This document shows, piece by piece, positions 24,383 through 37,589 of a DNA stretch of 64,000 nucleotides. Under the pieces are notes generated by a model. It ran no database searches, had not been told where the DNA came from, and saw nothing but the letters and a program-made list of their open reading frames with translations. Positions within the stretch are counted from its first letter, which is position 1. Each line of letters begins with the position of its first letter. Origin of the DNA: Callorhinchus milii (taxonomy: Eukaryota); the NCBI RefSeq assembly GCF_018977255.1, contig NW_024704742.1, forward strand, positions 558,001 through 622,000, in the 5' to 3' direction. Both the position numbers and the translations under genes were made by a program.

Positions 24383-24540
24383 CAGTGTGGTCCAACCTTT
24401 TAGCTGCTGAAGGACAGATACCCTGGTTGATAAAAGGCTGCTGGTTGCATAAGCAATACGGAGGGAGCGGGTGGGCCGGATGAAATGGAGGGTGGGGGGG
24501 CAATGAAACCGGCCAGTCGGCCGCCAGTTGGACCACCCTG
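24383..24540. mobile_element. 158-bp hAT (Charlie-like) MITE in BBS12 intron
   Basis: TIRs CAGTGTGGTCCAAC / GTTGGACCACCCTG; 8-bp TSD TTCTCGAC (24375-24382) / TTCTAGAC (24541-24548). Confidence 0.9.
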
Positions 24541-24993
24541 TTCTAGACAAAAGGAAAAGATAAATGCTAGTACACTTATACATGGTGCACATACGTAGAG
24601 TTTTATTTATAGTATAGCCACTATCATAATCCAGTATCCATTATCTTATGTTTTACATTATAAATGATGAAAGTGATCTTTGTAGTATAGTCAGGAAGCA
24701 TTTCTGTAATTTTATTACATTGGAATATGCAACACAGAAACAGGCCATTCAGCCCAACTGGTCTGTGCCGGTGTTTATGCTCCACATGAGCCTCCTCCTG
24801 CCCTTCCTCAACTAAGCCTTCAATTTGACAAACTTTATTACATTTCTCCACTTCCCACACACACAGTATTCTATTTATAAGCACAAATGTGTTAAGAGTA
24901 TTCTATTGTCTAGAAGAAAATAGTCATTATTTTGACCAGCGTTATTTCCCTTTGTATTTGCAGCTCTTTGGAATACTCTGTGGACTTTTAATC

Positions 24994-27147
24994 ATGAGGT
25001 CACATATTGGCCTAGAACAGCTCGCAGCACTGGCAGCATCGGGCAGATCGCTGCTTGGCTCAATCAAATCCTACAAGTTTATTGTTGATGACGAGACTGA
25101 TGAATCGGCTGTGACTTGCTCTGCATTCCGACTTCTAGAGAACCTGCACTTAAATGGCCCTATAGGACAGCTGCTGAATGAGACTGTGCAGACACACCAT
25201 AAACTATACAAGACTGGAACCTCCAGCCTTCTTTTCCTTGTTGGAGCATGGAGTAAAGCCGTTTTAAATTGTTTGAATGAAGATATCCCCATTCCTACAA
25301 TAGTCTCTGTGATGTCTGAAGGTCTAGACAACGCCATAGAGGCGCTAGAAACATGTCAGCTACACATTGATAATCTTTTAGAAAACTTTAACTCAAAACA
25401 AAATGTACTAACAAGTAAACCTGGAAGATTATCATGTGGTTCAGATACTTCCTCCAGACATTTAATCAGTGATGGACACTCAGTGGCAAAGCTACAAATT
25501 TCACATCAGTCGAATCCATCAAAGAAAATGGATTCCGTTGAAAGCTACAGTGTTAGCCACGAGAATGATCAGTGCAAGCAATCTTTTTCATGCCATGTGA
25601 AATGTTTCAAAAGTACATTGCCAGCAGCTGGTGCCTCTCCTAGTCAAAGTAAATCAAGTTCCGTCTTCAGTGGAAAAAATATAAAACTTCATCTCAGTCG
25701 ACACTTCAGGATGTCTGATGTTGGGACACAAGAAGAAGCTTTGTCAGATAGTTTCGATGAAAGTTCCTCTACAGTGGCAGCTGATTGTGCCACTTTCAGA
25801 GCATTGGCTATGTCGCTGAGTCATGGAAACCAAAGTGCTATGCAGCTAACAATAGAGGCTTACAGAGTTCAGATTCAGTATGATCGAGTGGCAAACAGTG
25901 TTTCAAGAACTCTCCCTCAATTTGACATTGATAAACTTGTTACATGTTTGTTGCCAGGACTTCCTGAGCATTATTCCTGTGTTAATACTGGTTTCATCAC
26001 ATTACTCTCAGGGGAACAGCCTATTGTTGTCCAGCATCTATCAGGACTGTCTCTTCATGTTATCCTCATAGATGGAGATTTGACTCATCAATACCATCAT
26101 CCAGGATTCAACCGTGTTACTAATATGAAGATAGTTGCTAAGAGTATTGATAACACGTTTAAAAGTGTGGAAGAAGAATGGTTAAATAATGCCATCGAAA
26201 TATTTCGTAAATATCATGTTAACGTAATTCTAGTAAAAGGAATAGCATCTCCATGTTTAATGGAGAAGTGTATCCAAAATAATATACTAGTAATTCAGCA
26301 AGTGAAAGACAACGTAGTGCAAGGCTTTGTGGAGGCCACAGGGGCTATTCTTATTACTTACATCACACAGGTAAAAGAGAATTGTGTGGGCACTGGAGCA
26401 CACCTTTGTTTTTGGAAAGCGGGTCATGGAAATTCACCAGACATGAGAGAAAGAGTTGCTGTACAGATAAGCTGCTTTAAAATTGCTGTTATCACAGTGG
26501 TGCTTTGTAGCCCTGTAAACTGTAAACTGCAGGTAATAGGAGATCAATTGTGGAGCTGTGTACATCGTTTGCACCATGCCCTCAGTGAGCAACGAATCTT
26601 TCCAGGTGCAGGAGCCACTGAACTTATGTCCCTCTGCCACCTGAAACGGCTCATATCAGAAAAGGCTGCTCTAAAGCCCCAAATAAATGCTACTGATTGC
26701 ACTGGTCCACATTGTTCATCAAGGCGTACAGAGGCTGATGTACTTTACAAATCCCAGATTCTGCAGTTTTTGGCTGATGGCTGGAGAGAATACCTTATGA
26801 CTGCCATGTATAATACCGGCATGTATAGAACACCACTAGATGCTATGTCAGAAGTACAAAGATGTGTCAATGAAGATGTGGGTCTCTTTGCTATAATCCC
26901 CAATGTGTCCGACGAATCTACTGCAGAAAGGGTTGGTCAATGTTCCTGGCAATTTGGTGGCACTGTGAGTGAGAACCGTATGAACTCCAAGGTGTATGAT
27001 AATGTGACAGTTAAGCTAGAGAGCTGGCGAAGGGCTCTAGATCTCGTGTTACTCGTGCTGCAAGCAGATGTTGAAATCATCACCGGTTACAGAGCTAATA
27101 CCTCTAGACTTATTGAAGAGCAACAAAAACAAATTACATTTGTATAG
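24994..27147 (+). CDS. BBS12: Bardet-Biedl syndrome 12 protein (group II chaperonin-like), about 717 aa, single coding exon
   Basis: Long intronless ORF. N-terminus HIGLEQLAALAASGRSLLGSIKSYKFIVD...GQLLNETVQ...TGTSSLLFLVGAWS and C-terminus VYDNVTVKLESWRRALDLVLLVLQADVEIITG match BBS12; chaperonin FPGAGATE motif present. First ATG after the acceptor is 24994. Confidence 0.96.
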   Translation: MRSHIGLEQLAALAASGRSLLGSIKSYKFIVDDETDESAVTCSAFRLLENLHLNGPIGQLLNETVQTHHKLYKTGTSSLLFLVGAWSKAVLNCLNEDIPIPTIVSVMSEGLDNAIEALETCQLHIDNLLENFNSKQNVLTSKPGRLSCGSDTSSRHLISDGHSVAKLQISHQSNPSKKMDSVESYSVSHENDQCKQSFSCHVKCFKSTLPAAGASPSQSKSSSVFSGKNIKLHLSRHFRMSDVGTQEEALSDSFDESSSTVAADCATFRALAMSLSHGNQSAMQLTIEAYRVQIQYDRVANSVSRTLPQFDIDKLVTCLLPGLPEHYSCVNTGFITLLSGEQPIVVQHLSGLSLHVILIDGDLTHQYHHPGFNRVTNMKIVAKSIDNTFKSVEEEWLNNAIEIFRKYHVNVILVKGIASPCLMEKCIQNNILVIQQVKDNVVQGFVEATGAILITYITQVKENCVGTGAHLCFWKAGHGNSPDMRERVAVQISCFKIAVITVVLCSPVNCKLQVIGDQLWSCVHRLHHALSEQRIFPGAGATELMSLCHLKRLISEKAALKPQINATDCTGPHCSSRRTEADVLYKSQILQFLADGWREYLMTAMYNTGMYRTPLDAMSEVQRCVNEDVGLFAIIPNVSDESTAERVGQCSWQFGGTVSENRMNSKVYDNVTVKLESWRRALDLVLLVLQADVEIITGYRANTSRLIEEQQKQITFV

Positions 27148-27410
27148 CGCTTTTCACTTTCCTGTTGGGAGGACATCCCAAGGCGCTGGACAGTCAGGGA
27201 TTTGGACCCGAGCAAGGGGTTGAGATCAAGAGGGGCGGAGGCAGGGAGGGTAGATGTAGGAGGGTGGCTGAGGATGCGGTTGAAGAGGAGGGTCTTGAGA
27301 TATACCTTGAAGGAGGCAAGGGAGGGAGTAAGACGAAGGAACTGTGGGATGGAGTTCCAAAGAGCAGTAAACAGCTTACTGTGACTGCGCTACCGACGTC
27401 TGTGGAGAGC
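27121..27410 (-). mobile_element. L2-clade LINE 3' end overlapping the BBS12 stop codon
   Basis: CAACAAAAACAAATTACATTTGTATAGCGCTTTTCAC...GGGAGGACATCCCAAGGCGCTGGACAG...GACCCGAGC closely parallels the copy at 39780. Confidence 0.85.
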
Positions 27411-28922
27411 AGTCAGATCCCTCCCCAAAGCCCATTTTGGAGAGTACGATTGAAGCAGTGAAGAACACATGCACCATCCAGCTACCTGGTCAAGAAACGT
27501 CAGGGTGAGAGCCTAGTATGGTTCAGTGCTAATCCTTCCCGCTTCATGTTGTGAGATTTCTGTCTTTAGGTACTTTTCCTGGCCTGATTGTTGACTCCTT
27601 GTCTTCACTTTTGGCACCTACAATCCCCTGCCCCCTCCCCACTCGACCATTTTCTTGAAAATCACAAGGCTTCATTTTTCGAAAGTAAGCCGCAGATGTG
27701 AAAGTGTGAACTTTCCATGTTATTCCACACTCTCACATGAAAGAAAATGTGGGGCCAGGAAGGTGCGTGCGTGTGTGTGTGTGTGTGTGTGTGGGTGGGG
27801 GGAACGAGGCAAGGGAGTATGACTTTAAATATGATTTAGGAATTACAGAAACAAAAGTCACCAGAAGATGGAATTAATTAAAATGCTGGGGTTCAGGAAG
27901 CTCTAAATAAAGGAAATCTTAGTAAATTAATAAAGGATAATAATTGAGTAAAGAAGGTCTAGCAACCTAACGGTCCAGCCTTGGATTGAACTAATTGATA
28001 TAGATTTATGTAAATCAAAATCAGACCAATAACCAGCACTGAAACATGCAGATCATCTACTTGTTTCTATACTGGATATCAATTCTAAGGGAAAGGTGTT
28101 TGTCTTGCATGAAGTCCAGTGAACAATGTGGAGAGAATGGTGCAGAAAGTGTTGCACTACAGTATTTTGATATGAGTCATAATTTAGCAAATTGGGGAAA
28201 ATGGGAGAGTTTAAACCTGGGAGAAAGGGAGCTGAGGAGAATAACGGAAGGATATGACTACATCACAGAGATTCAAGACAGACTGGCAACAGACTTCAAC
28301 GTTGCAAGGCTTATTATTCACACGTGTGACAATGTAATGCAGCAGTTTGATGGAAATGTTGTCAGTTTGATTGCGTAGTCTATTGCACTTGCTGGAAATC
28401 CATAGAATTAACACTTGCTGCCAGTATTGAATGTTTAATGGGTATCAGTAGGACAGTTTTATTTCCAGGGGTTGTCAGATAGCGCACCATAAACCTGTCC
28501 CGGCCTTTGCTCCTACTGTGTCCAAAAACAGAAGCATTGCTGTTACACTGAAAATACCAGAGATGAGTTGTTTCATCTGCAATGACCAAAAGTAGTTTAG
28601 CTTAAAGACTACATTGGGTAACAGATTAGCCATTAGCTATCGGTTTGTTAAGATAAGTAACTTCATTACTCTACCCCAAAACTATACAAAGTATTTCCCA
28701 AATTGTGATTTTAGTATCTCACACCGAAAACTATTCACAAAAGATAACTAAGAAGCTGTGAATAAAATTATTCTACTTTACGTTTCCCGCTAGAGATTCG
28801 AGTTCTTGAAGTACACATAGACCCTGGGACTGGATCTTTGACCACTTTCTCCATTAGTCAGCAAACCAGAGGAAGTCCTCTACACACGTTTGAAACTGTT
28901 GTGTTGTGGCTTACTCGAAAGA

Positions 28923-29248
28923 AATAATAATAATAATAATCCTTGTATTTGATATAGCGCTTTTCACGTCGGGAGGACGCCCCAAAGCGCTTCACAGAAC
29001 ACACTGTAAAGTGAATTGACTGTATATTTGTGGGCGAACGCGGCAGCCAATTGCGCACAGCAATGTCCCACAAACAGTCGTAGATTGAAAATGACCAATT
29101 TATTATTGTTTTTGGTTTTGGAGGGATTATTATTAGGCTCTGTGTGGAGTAAGGAAACTTGCCCAAGGTTTGGCCCTCTGCCTGGAATTGAACTCAGGTC
29201 TCTCACTTGCAAAGCGAGTGCTCTAACCACTGAGCTACAGGACTCCAC
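28923..29248 (-). mobile_element. Full-length tRNA-derived SINE (short variant)
   Basis: Reverse complement of the 12329 copy; its 3' half is nearly identical to 9859-10050. Confidence 0.92.
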
Positions 29249-29804
29249 AGGTCAAATCCCCCAACAAGTCACTAAAAGTTTCGCTGCTCCAGTTTGATCG
29301 TCCATCAAATCTCACTGATTCAACGCAGCATATCTTTTCACTTGCGGTTGTGGTCATTGGTCAGATATCGGCTTCAGAATCACGCTTACATTTCCCCATC
29401 AACGCAGTCCAAATTGAGTGTGTTGTAAATATCTAATACAATTCACGTGCATACGGCCTTCTCACTTCGGGGGAATGTCCCAAATCGCATTAACTCTTGA
29501 AATGCACACGATTGACAATTTGTTGTCCATCGATATTAACACTTCACTTCATGTCACTTATTTCAATTATCTTGCGGGTTATCTTGCGAATCTCTAGCGG
29601 GTATTGATGATTGATGAGCTACATCACTATTTAGTACTGATAAATGATCCAGCAGCTAGTTTATCCTGCTAAACCTACTAAACAAATGCACTTACTCTGT
29701 TGAGGGTTTACCACAATCAGATTTTGCCGAGCTGATGGCCATAGAGAAGGGACAAGTAGCAATGAAGAATCTGCAGAATTCATCTTGGGTGTAGATTACA
29801 ATAA

Positions 29805-30025
29805 CATAATAATAATTCTTGCATTTGATATAATGCCTTATCACATCTAGATGTCTCAAAGCGCTTCACACAATATACTGTAAAGTGAATTGACTGTATA
29901 TTTTGTGGGTGAAACGCAGCAGCCAATTGCGCACAGCAGCGTCCCACAAACAGCCGTGGATTGAGTGACCAAATTTATTATTATTTTATTGTCAAGGGAA
30001 TATTACCCCAGAAAACGATTAATCA
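29805..30025 (-). mobile_element. tRNA-SINE 3' part
   Basis: Same body and tail as other copies; further partial copies at about 7500-7700 (-), 30530-30730 (+), 33836-34070 (+) and 34565-34700 (-). Confidence 0.85.
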
Positions 30026-31544
30026 GGATGACACTTGGGATATTGATGGGATTTTCCCTTTCCCTTTACAATTTTATCTGTAAATATATATATATATATA
30101 TTGAATACTAAGAAATATTGGTTAATATTTGTTTTGACCCTTCACGTCTTCGTTTAGTTGCTGAATGTCATGCTTTGTATTTCCAGCACAGAATCATAGA
30201 ACTTACAGCGAACAAGGGGGCATTTGGCCCATCAACTCTGTTGGAGCTAACTAATCTAATCCCAATTCCTATCTTCTTCTCCATAACCTTACATATTCTC
30301 TGCAACTCTTTATCCAATTATAACCAGTTATGTTAATAAAAGGTGGTTGCCTTTTAATACAAACTTTCACCAGACGGTGGAGCTATGAATGAGAGTTACC
30401 TGTTGTCATAAATTAACCGAATAATACTTATTAATAGAGTACAATAGTCTAGTGTCCTGTCTATCCACTTTTAACGTCAGCAGATTTGCCAGTTCAGGTT
30501 AATAGCAAAACAAGTAGCTTTAAATATCTAATAATAATCCCTCCAAAAAACAATAATGATTTGGTCACTTCAATCCACGACTGTTTGTGGGGACACTGCT
30601 GTGCGCTATTGGCTGCCGCGTTTCGCCCACAAATATACAGTCAATTCACTTTACAGTCTATTCGGTGAAGGGCTTTGAGACGTCTCGAAGATGTGAAAAG
30701 CGCTATATTAAATACAAGGATTATTATATCAGATTTGTGAAGGTATTTATCATTAGCAGATTGTTTACATTATATCTTCTACTTATAACTTCTGTGAGAG
30801 TTTTTTTTACTTTTGTCCTTCATAATTATAAACCCTGGAGCATGGTTTCGCCACTATTCTCTTCCAAATGAGATTCAGCATTCTTAACAGCGATTGTGAT
30901 TTGAACCGTGGCAGAAGAAAAGACGAGCTAACTAAAGGAGAAATTAAATTCTTGAGTGTGTGTCCAAGGTAGTCCTGAAGCACAATTAGTTGATAACATG
31001 GCAGGAGAGGGTTAGGGTTCGCATCAAGAAGATCCTTGTATGCCAAACACATGCCCTCAGGATCGACTGTGCCAGGAGAGGGCCGTGGCGGGATCACAGG
31101 ATGTTGGTATTAATAAATCTTTGCATTCGATAATAGCTCCTGTTGATGTCAAGCCACCTCAAAGCACTTCACAGTTAATTCCCGTCGAGCCGTTCCTATA
31201 AATAGCCAGAAAGCGAATGACTGGTTTTATTTAGAGAATCGTTGGCCAGGACGTGGGAGAAACTCTTTTTTTTCCTTTTGGAATATCATGATGCAATCCT
31301 TAGCGCCCATCAGAAAAGGCAGACCTCAGTTTATCTACTCATTTGAAGGATGGCATCTGACAATGCAGTGTCCAGCCCCGCACCCCCCCCACTGGAACGT
31401 CAGCCTTGAGACTTGAAGTCTTGATCCGACAACTTTTGACCTAGAGAGCTGCCAACTGATTTGGCAGAAACATCACCGTGCATTGTTACAACGTAAAGCC
31501 TTACCCTAACAATGACACTCGCAACTCAAGTTATTTAGTGTATT

Positions 31545-31960
31545 ACCCTCACGGATGAAATATGGAGAAGGGATATTGAAAGGGTTGCGTTGAGCCACAA
31601 TGAGTGCCGTGAGGAACGGTAGAGGAGGTCCGAATGCAATCATAGGTAAATGTAGACCGACAGCCGAAAAATAAATAAAATAAAAGTAAAGCATAAAGCA
31701 GCAGAGGAACAATCTAAAAAAGTACGGGAGAACAAGGGATCAATGCAAAGTTTGAAAGGCGTGACAGGACAAATGAATTTCACAGGTAGAATAAGGGGCA
31801 AAGTTAAAGGAATGAACTCAGATGCAGTAATAAAACCACAAACGTGTTAACGATGTGGTAAACTGGGACATGTCGGTCAGTGCTGAATGTAGATCCAAAA
31901 GAGTGTCAGAATTGTGGAAAAAAAGGGGCATATGCTGAAAACTTATAAACTGGGGGACAA
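31545..31960 (+). mobile_element. Degenerate LTR-retroelement gag relic with two CCHC zinc knuckles
   Basis: C*RCGKLGHV...EC from 31845 and CQNCGKKGH from 31904, with stops and frameshifts. Confidence 0.7.
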
Positions 31961-32376
31961 ACATGAAGAGAAAAGTGCTAGTTTGGAACTAAAAGACTTA
32001 GTAGGACAAATGAATTGGGAAAACTGAGCTGAACTGAGCTATGCAAGGCCAGGCAGGGATGGTTCCCAGCGACCCACTGATATGCCTCCAGATGAAACAG
32101 AAAGATGATTCACTGGCCCATCTGAAGGCACTCAGACAGATAAGTCTTGCTTAATACTTGTGAGGAGTTAGAGAAGATCAAAATGCCCTTTCTCTCTCTC
32201 TCTCTCTCCACAACTTCTTCTGGCTCTCCCTGGCAGGACAAAGATATGATGATACCCATTAGGATGACTTAAATAAAGAAATTAACAGAAGTAGCCATTG
32301 CCAAGTTAAAAACGATTGCAGAGAGACAAAAAAAAACGTATTTAAGTAAGAAAATGAGAAACTGCTGGGAGGGATT

Positions 32377-33094
32377 TGTTGGGGAAAAAAATTGGGTTAT
32401 AAAAGATAATTTTGCAGTTACAAAATGGCCAACATGTTATGTGTTTTATGTTTTTATGCCTCAGTTTTGTTATAGTATTTTGTCTTTGTGTTTATGTAAT
32501 TTGTTTTTAAGTTAACAAAATGACCAAAGTAGGTCTGACTTTACTCTGGACGCAGAGTATAAACTGGATTCTACCTATGTTAGATATGTACTGGATAAGG
32601 GAAAGACAGGCTATGCAGCAGAAAATGTGACAAGTTGAAAGAAAGAGAGCGAGCGAGAGTACAGGAGGGGTTAATTGGAAAAAAAAACTAGCGAGCGAAA
32701 GATTCAATGTGAAACTAATAACAGAAAAGACAGGTGTTTTAATAACGCAATCAAGATGTCCTTTAGAAAAATGAACACAGCTTTGTGCTGAAAAGATTTT
32801 ATTGAACTGAGCAGCAGTTCCTGGATACTTTTGGGTGATCGACCAGGGAACAGTACAGCAGTACCTGGATCCCGTTTGGTGGATTAAATTGGACATTACT
32901 CCTCCATCTCTTCCGCAACATTTGGTTTGGCCAATCTTAATCATTGTGAACTGTACGTGGATACGTAAGCATTATCGTATTATTTTAATTGCCTATAACC
33001 GTTGTGAATCTGAATTAATAAACGTCTATTTCTCTTATATATAAGATTTAGGTCAGTTTTTACTTCACCGCAGAGTTAAAATGGATATCTTACA
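32377..33094 (+). mobile_element. Probable 3' LTR
   Basis: Purine tract GGGAGGGA directly before TGTTGG; AATAAA near 33016; ends TTACA (TGT...ACA termini); abuts a SINE head fragment. Confidence 0.6.
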
Positions 33095-36000
33095 GTGTAT
33101 GGAGTAAGGAAACTTGCCTAAGGTTTCGCCCGGCCCGGGAAACAAACCCAGATCCCCTCGCTTGCGAGGTAAACGTCGAGACTCCACCTGAAGACTTACC
33201 TCTGGTTGAAGAGGCAAGTCCTCAGGTGAGTAAAGAGGGGGTGAGGCAGAGAGATTGAGGTCAGAGGTGAATGACTATTTTATAGAAATTCCCGATGACT
33301 AAAGTGTTTGAGGCTTCCGTCTTTGCATTTTCCTTCCTTGTTCAACATATCAGTTTATTTTGGCTGTTGAAGCTAACTTTCCCAATGCAGCTTGCCCAGT
33401 CGTGTTGAGGAGATTCTTTGTCTAGTGCCTGCATCACATATATAAAAAAAATCACTATTTTCATTGACTATTGATATTGCCAGGATTTAGCTCTGTTTTC
33501 TCCACGTGGCAGCAAACTTCCTGTATTAACCACGGAGTGTGGAGGCCAGACACTGTTGCTGTGTGAACACACTTACGGAAGGCAGGGTCAGTCATATAAA
33601 CACACATTACATAAGTGAAAAAGCTGTAAAACTTTTTTTTAAAAATGGAAGAGTATTGCAAGTAGATTGAAATGCCTTTTTGAATGTACGAGATTAAAAA
33701 AAATAGAAATTCTTCAATTAACAAAAAGCTGCAGGCCATTAATAGATGTTATAATCTCACTTTGAACTGAATTAAACTCTAGATTTCCTCCAATTTAGAA
33801 ATGTCTTTTCAGAAGTGGGTCAAAAGCAGGAAATACCACGAAACCTTGGGCAAGTTTCCTTACTCCACACAGAGCCTAATAATAATCCCTCCAAAAAAAA
33901 ATAATAAATTGGTCATTTTCAATCCACGACTGTGAGTGGGACATTGCTGTGTGCAATTGGCTGCCGCGTTCGCCCACAAATATACAGTCAATTCACTTTA
34001 CAGTGTGTTCTGTGAAGCGCTTTGAGACATCGACGCTATGTCAGATGTAAGGATTATTAGAATTATTGTTATTAACCCGAGGCGGGGGGGAGCAATAAAA
34101 CACCTGGAAATCTCTCTTTAAACCACACAAAGCAATGATTAAAGTATATCAACAGCCTCACCAGCAATTTTTTCCAATTATTAAGTAACCTTTATAATTC
34201 TGAACCCTAAGATAACGATACGTTTTATATAGCGTTTAAAGGTGGGAAATAAAATTAAGACGATATGACAAAAAAGGAAGGTTTTACTGTTAATCCGTGA
34301 AGACAATAATAATGACCAACTGGTGATTATCCTTGTGTGGGGCGGGGGGGGGGGGGGTGGGAGGTGAAGTGGGGTCTCGTTGGAGCTGAACTGGCTCCGG
34401 GGCGACATGTTGGGCAACGGGATGTCAGAATCAAGCCAACTGTGTGGGGATTTGACTGACCAACGGGAAGGACAGGTGAACTGAAATGACTATTTGACTT
34501 ATTTCCTGAGTCAGACGAGTTTACAGCACCTCATGGCCCTGCAGATTACAGCCTAGCCTGACTCATAATAATAATAATAATAATGATCCTTGCATTTGAT
34601 ATAGCGCTCGTCACGTCTTCCAGACATCGCAAAGTGCTTCACGGAATCCGCTGTAAAGTGAATTGATTGTATGTTTGTGGGTGAAATGCGGTGGCCAATT
34701 GGTGATAAACAAGAAGGTAGGTGAAATAAGTTGCCAAGGCACTGACTGCACCACTAGTCCTTATGTTACAACTTGATACAGGTGAGGTCCTACCTTTAAC
34801 CAGGAAAATACCAGCAACGCAATTAGTGGCATCATTGCACCTGTCCTCGTGAGTCTGCTGTTGGCTATCACTACACTCTGCAGACGCAGAACTGGTTAGA
34901 GCGAGTGTGTCCTAGACCCATTTTTAATTAATGTTGTGTTTGGACTTCAATAATATTAACAACCATTACCTCAGTTTAAAAAATAATATTTTGTGTTCTC
35001 TCTTTTGCTGCCAATGATCAGGTCTGACATAAGCATTAACGAGTTAAAAGAAACCTTCCCTTCTGTGCCTGTTGTGGCAGCTTGGGATTCATGGGCAAAC
35101 AATGCAGAATTTAGGAAAAGTCTGAGAGGGAAATTGGCTGTAAACATGTCTGTATCCACATCCTCCTGTGCTGACCTGTTAAATGAATGTATTCTCTTAG
35201 TCTGTCCTTCTCTTGTGCAATTATACTACAGACAACATCAGGGAAAACTGGAGCAGCTGTCCTGTTGTGTGACTTAGTCATTTACATTGCAAGTAGACTC
35301 ACAGTAAACATAGATCGCAGACACTTTCATTTGCCAGCGACTCAGATTAAAAACAAATGACTTTGTTTTATTTTTATAAAAGCCACGAGTGAACAAGTGG
35401 CTATAGCTGTTGAAAGAGCATCCAGAAATGTGGCAGCAGAATTTGTGTTTGAACAATTTGTCACCGGAGGTACGCGACCACAACTGGAACAGCACGACTG
35501 AATGGGATTTTCATTTGTTTAATGTTATATTCTTCCTCCTCTTTAGCCTGTCACTCTCCCTCCCTTTCCACCCCCCAAAAAACACACAGATTTGTGAACA
35601 AGAGAACAGGCGGGTGAACGGTTCCCAGATTCTACTGATCCTACACTCGAAGAGCTGTACATCCACAGTGGCCTGTAGCTAATCTTCCCATTTTCCCTGG
35701 AAACAAGCAATTTTGGGGGTCCATCATTAGCTGATTTCTAAAAATATCAATCTTTTCATTACTTGCACTAATAACAACATTTGATATAGCACCTCGTCAC
35801 ATCGAGAAGTTTCAAAGCACTTCACAGGGTACACTGTAAAGTGTATTGACTGTGTATTTTGTGGGTGAATGTGGCAACCGATTGCACACAGCAGTGAGTG
35901 TCACACAAACAGCCTTGGAGTGAATGATCCATTTTTTATTTGGGGGAAAATGATGGCCAGGACACCGGGAGAAACTCCCTCCTCTTTTCGAATAGTGCCG

Positions 36001-37589
36001 TGGGATCTTTAATGTCCACCTGAACAGACAGATGGGACCTCGGTTTAACATCTCACCGGTGTGGCACCTCTGATAATGCAACCCTCCTCCCAGCAAAACC
36101 TGAATTGTTTTTGTGGGAATTCTGTTAGAAGACCTTCACATAAGAAGGGGTAGTCATATATGAGGCATCCTACCCATAACCAGTTGCACAGCTGCAACTT
36201 TAATTCAATAAATACCCTTGACTGAATGCAAAAGAACAGCTGGTTGTGGTACAGCCAGTTTATTGTATCCCCTAATGTGTTCCCTGCAGCCCTATCCGTT
36301 TAATCAGTCGTGAGCAAGAACATTTGTTTCCAGATATCATCATCATCCCAAATCTGAAATCCTTTTACAAGCAGAGGATAGGTTTACCGATCGTATCATG
36401 TCCAAAAACTTTGCTACGAGACTTTTGTTTGAGGTTCCGCAATGAATTGTCCATCCTCAGCCCCCCAAAAAATGACACAGAAAAATAAAACATTGCATTT
36501 CCTTTCTACTAGTATCTGTGCTAGGGGTGCTGTACTGTAACATGAATTATGCTCGTGAAAGGCTTCGGATTTGAGATTCAAACACGGTGTGAAGATTTTT
36601 GGGGAAGGGGCTGAAAGACTGGTCTGCTAACAACTGTGGTTACTTACCGAACATTTAGGGATAACGTATGGAGGCAATCATACAATGCGATGCAAACATT
36701 TCACGGTTTGTTTCTGAAGGACATTTCTTGCTTATTTCAGCTCAAGTTGTTGCAAAGAAAATAGGAAGTTAATTCACTCCGTGGAAGAAAGATACAATAA
36801 AGCACAATTTCCTCTTTCACTCCCCAACCTCCTTCCCACTCTACGCTAATTCCTAATGTGTTAAGCCATGTACTTGTTTTGGCTCAATAGTGAGGGGAAC
36901 AACAATAATTGATGGACATCGCCCGCTTTCCTTGGGGAGGGAGGGGGCTCAGGTATGAACTTGGTAGAAAATCTCTTCACTTCATTATTACATATAGGAT
37001 TCATTCTACTTTCTGGTGCCCAAAACTGAACACAGTAATCCAGTTGTGGCCTAACCAATGATTTGTTGATGTACTTCTGTACTCTATGCCCCTATGTAAT
37101 AAGAAGTCTTTTTTTTAAGGATATCCTGCAAAACGATTTGAGATCTCCCAAACAGAATAGCGGTATATCAAATACAAGGATTATTAATAATAACATCTCA
37201 CTCTCTGATTTAGTGTTTCCCCTTCCTTCTCAGGAATCATGATGTTTCTTCCCCCCCTCCCACCTCAATAACGTAGCACAAAACCTCATCTCATAACTCA
37301 AATCACTCACATTCTGAAACGCAGCTTGCAAGTTAAAAGCGAGGGAGTGAAATGCACAAATCCTCTTTATATAATTGATGATCAAGAGTCCATTTCCCAC
37401 AGATAAATGTTCTCTTGAAGTCTCTTCTCCCATCTTTCCCAAGTTCCAAAATATATATATATACATACATAGGAGCATAAATAGTATTTGTAAATGCTGC
37501 TCGGAACATAAGGTGCATTAACTCCAGGGAATCCCAAGCATATCATGCCAACTGGGAATGACGTGAACAAGAACTTGGCTCCCATGAGA

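Noticed and set aside
24889..24993. ORF-track start for BBS12 at 24889
   Set aside because: Non-ATG start upstream of a clear splice acceptor at 24963; BBS12 similarity begins near Met 24994.
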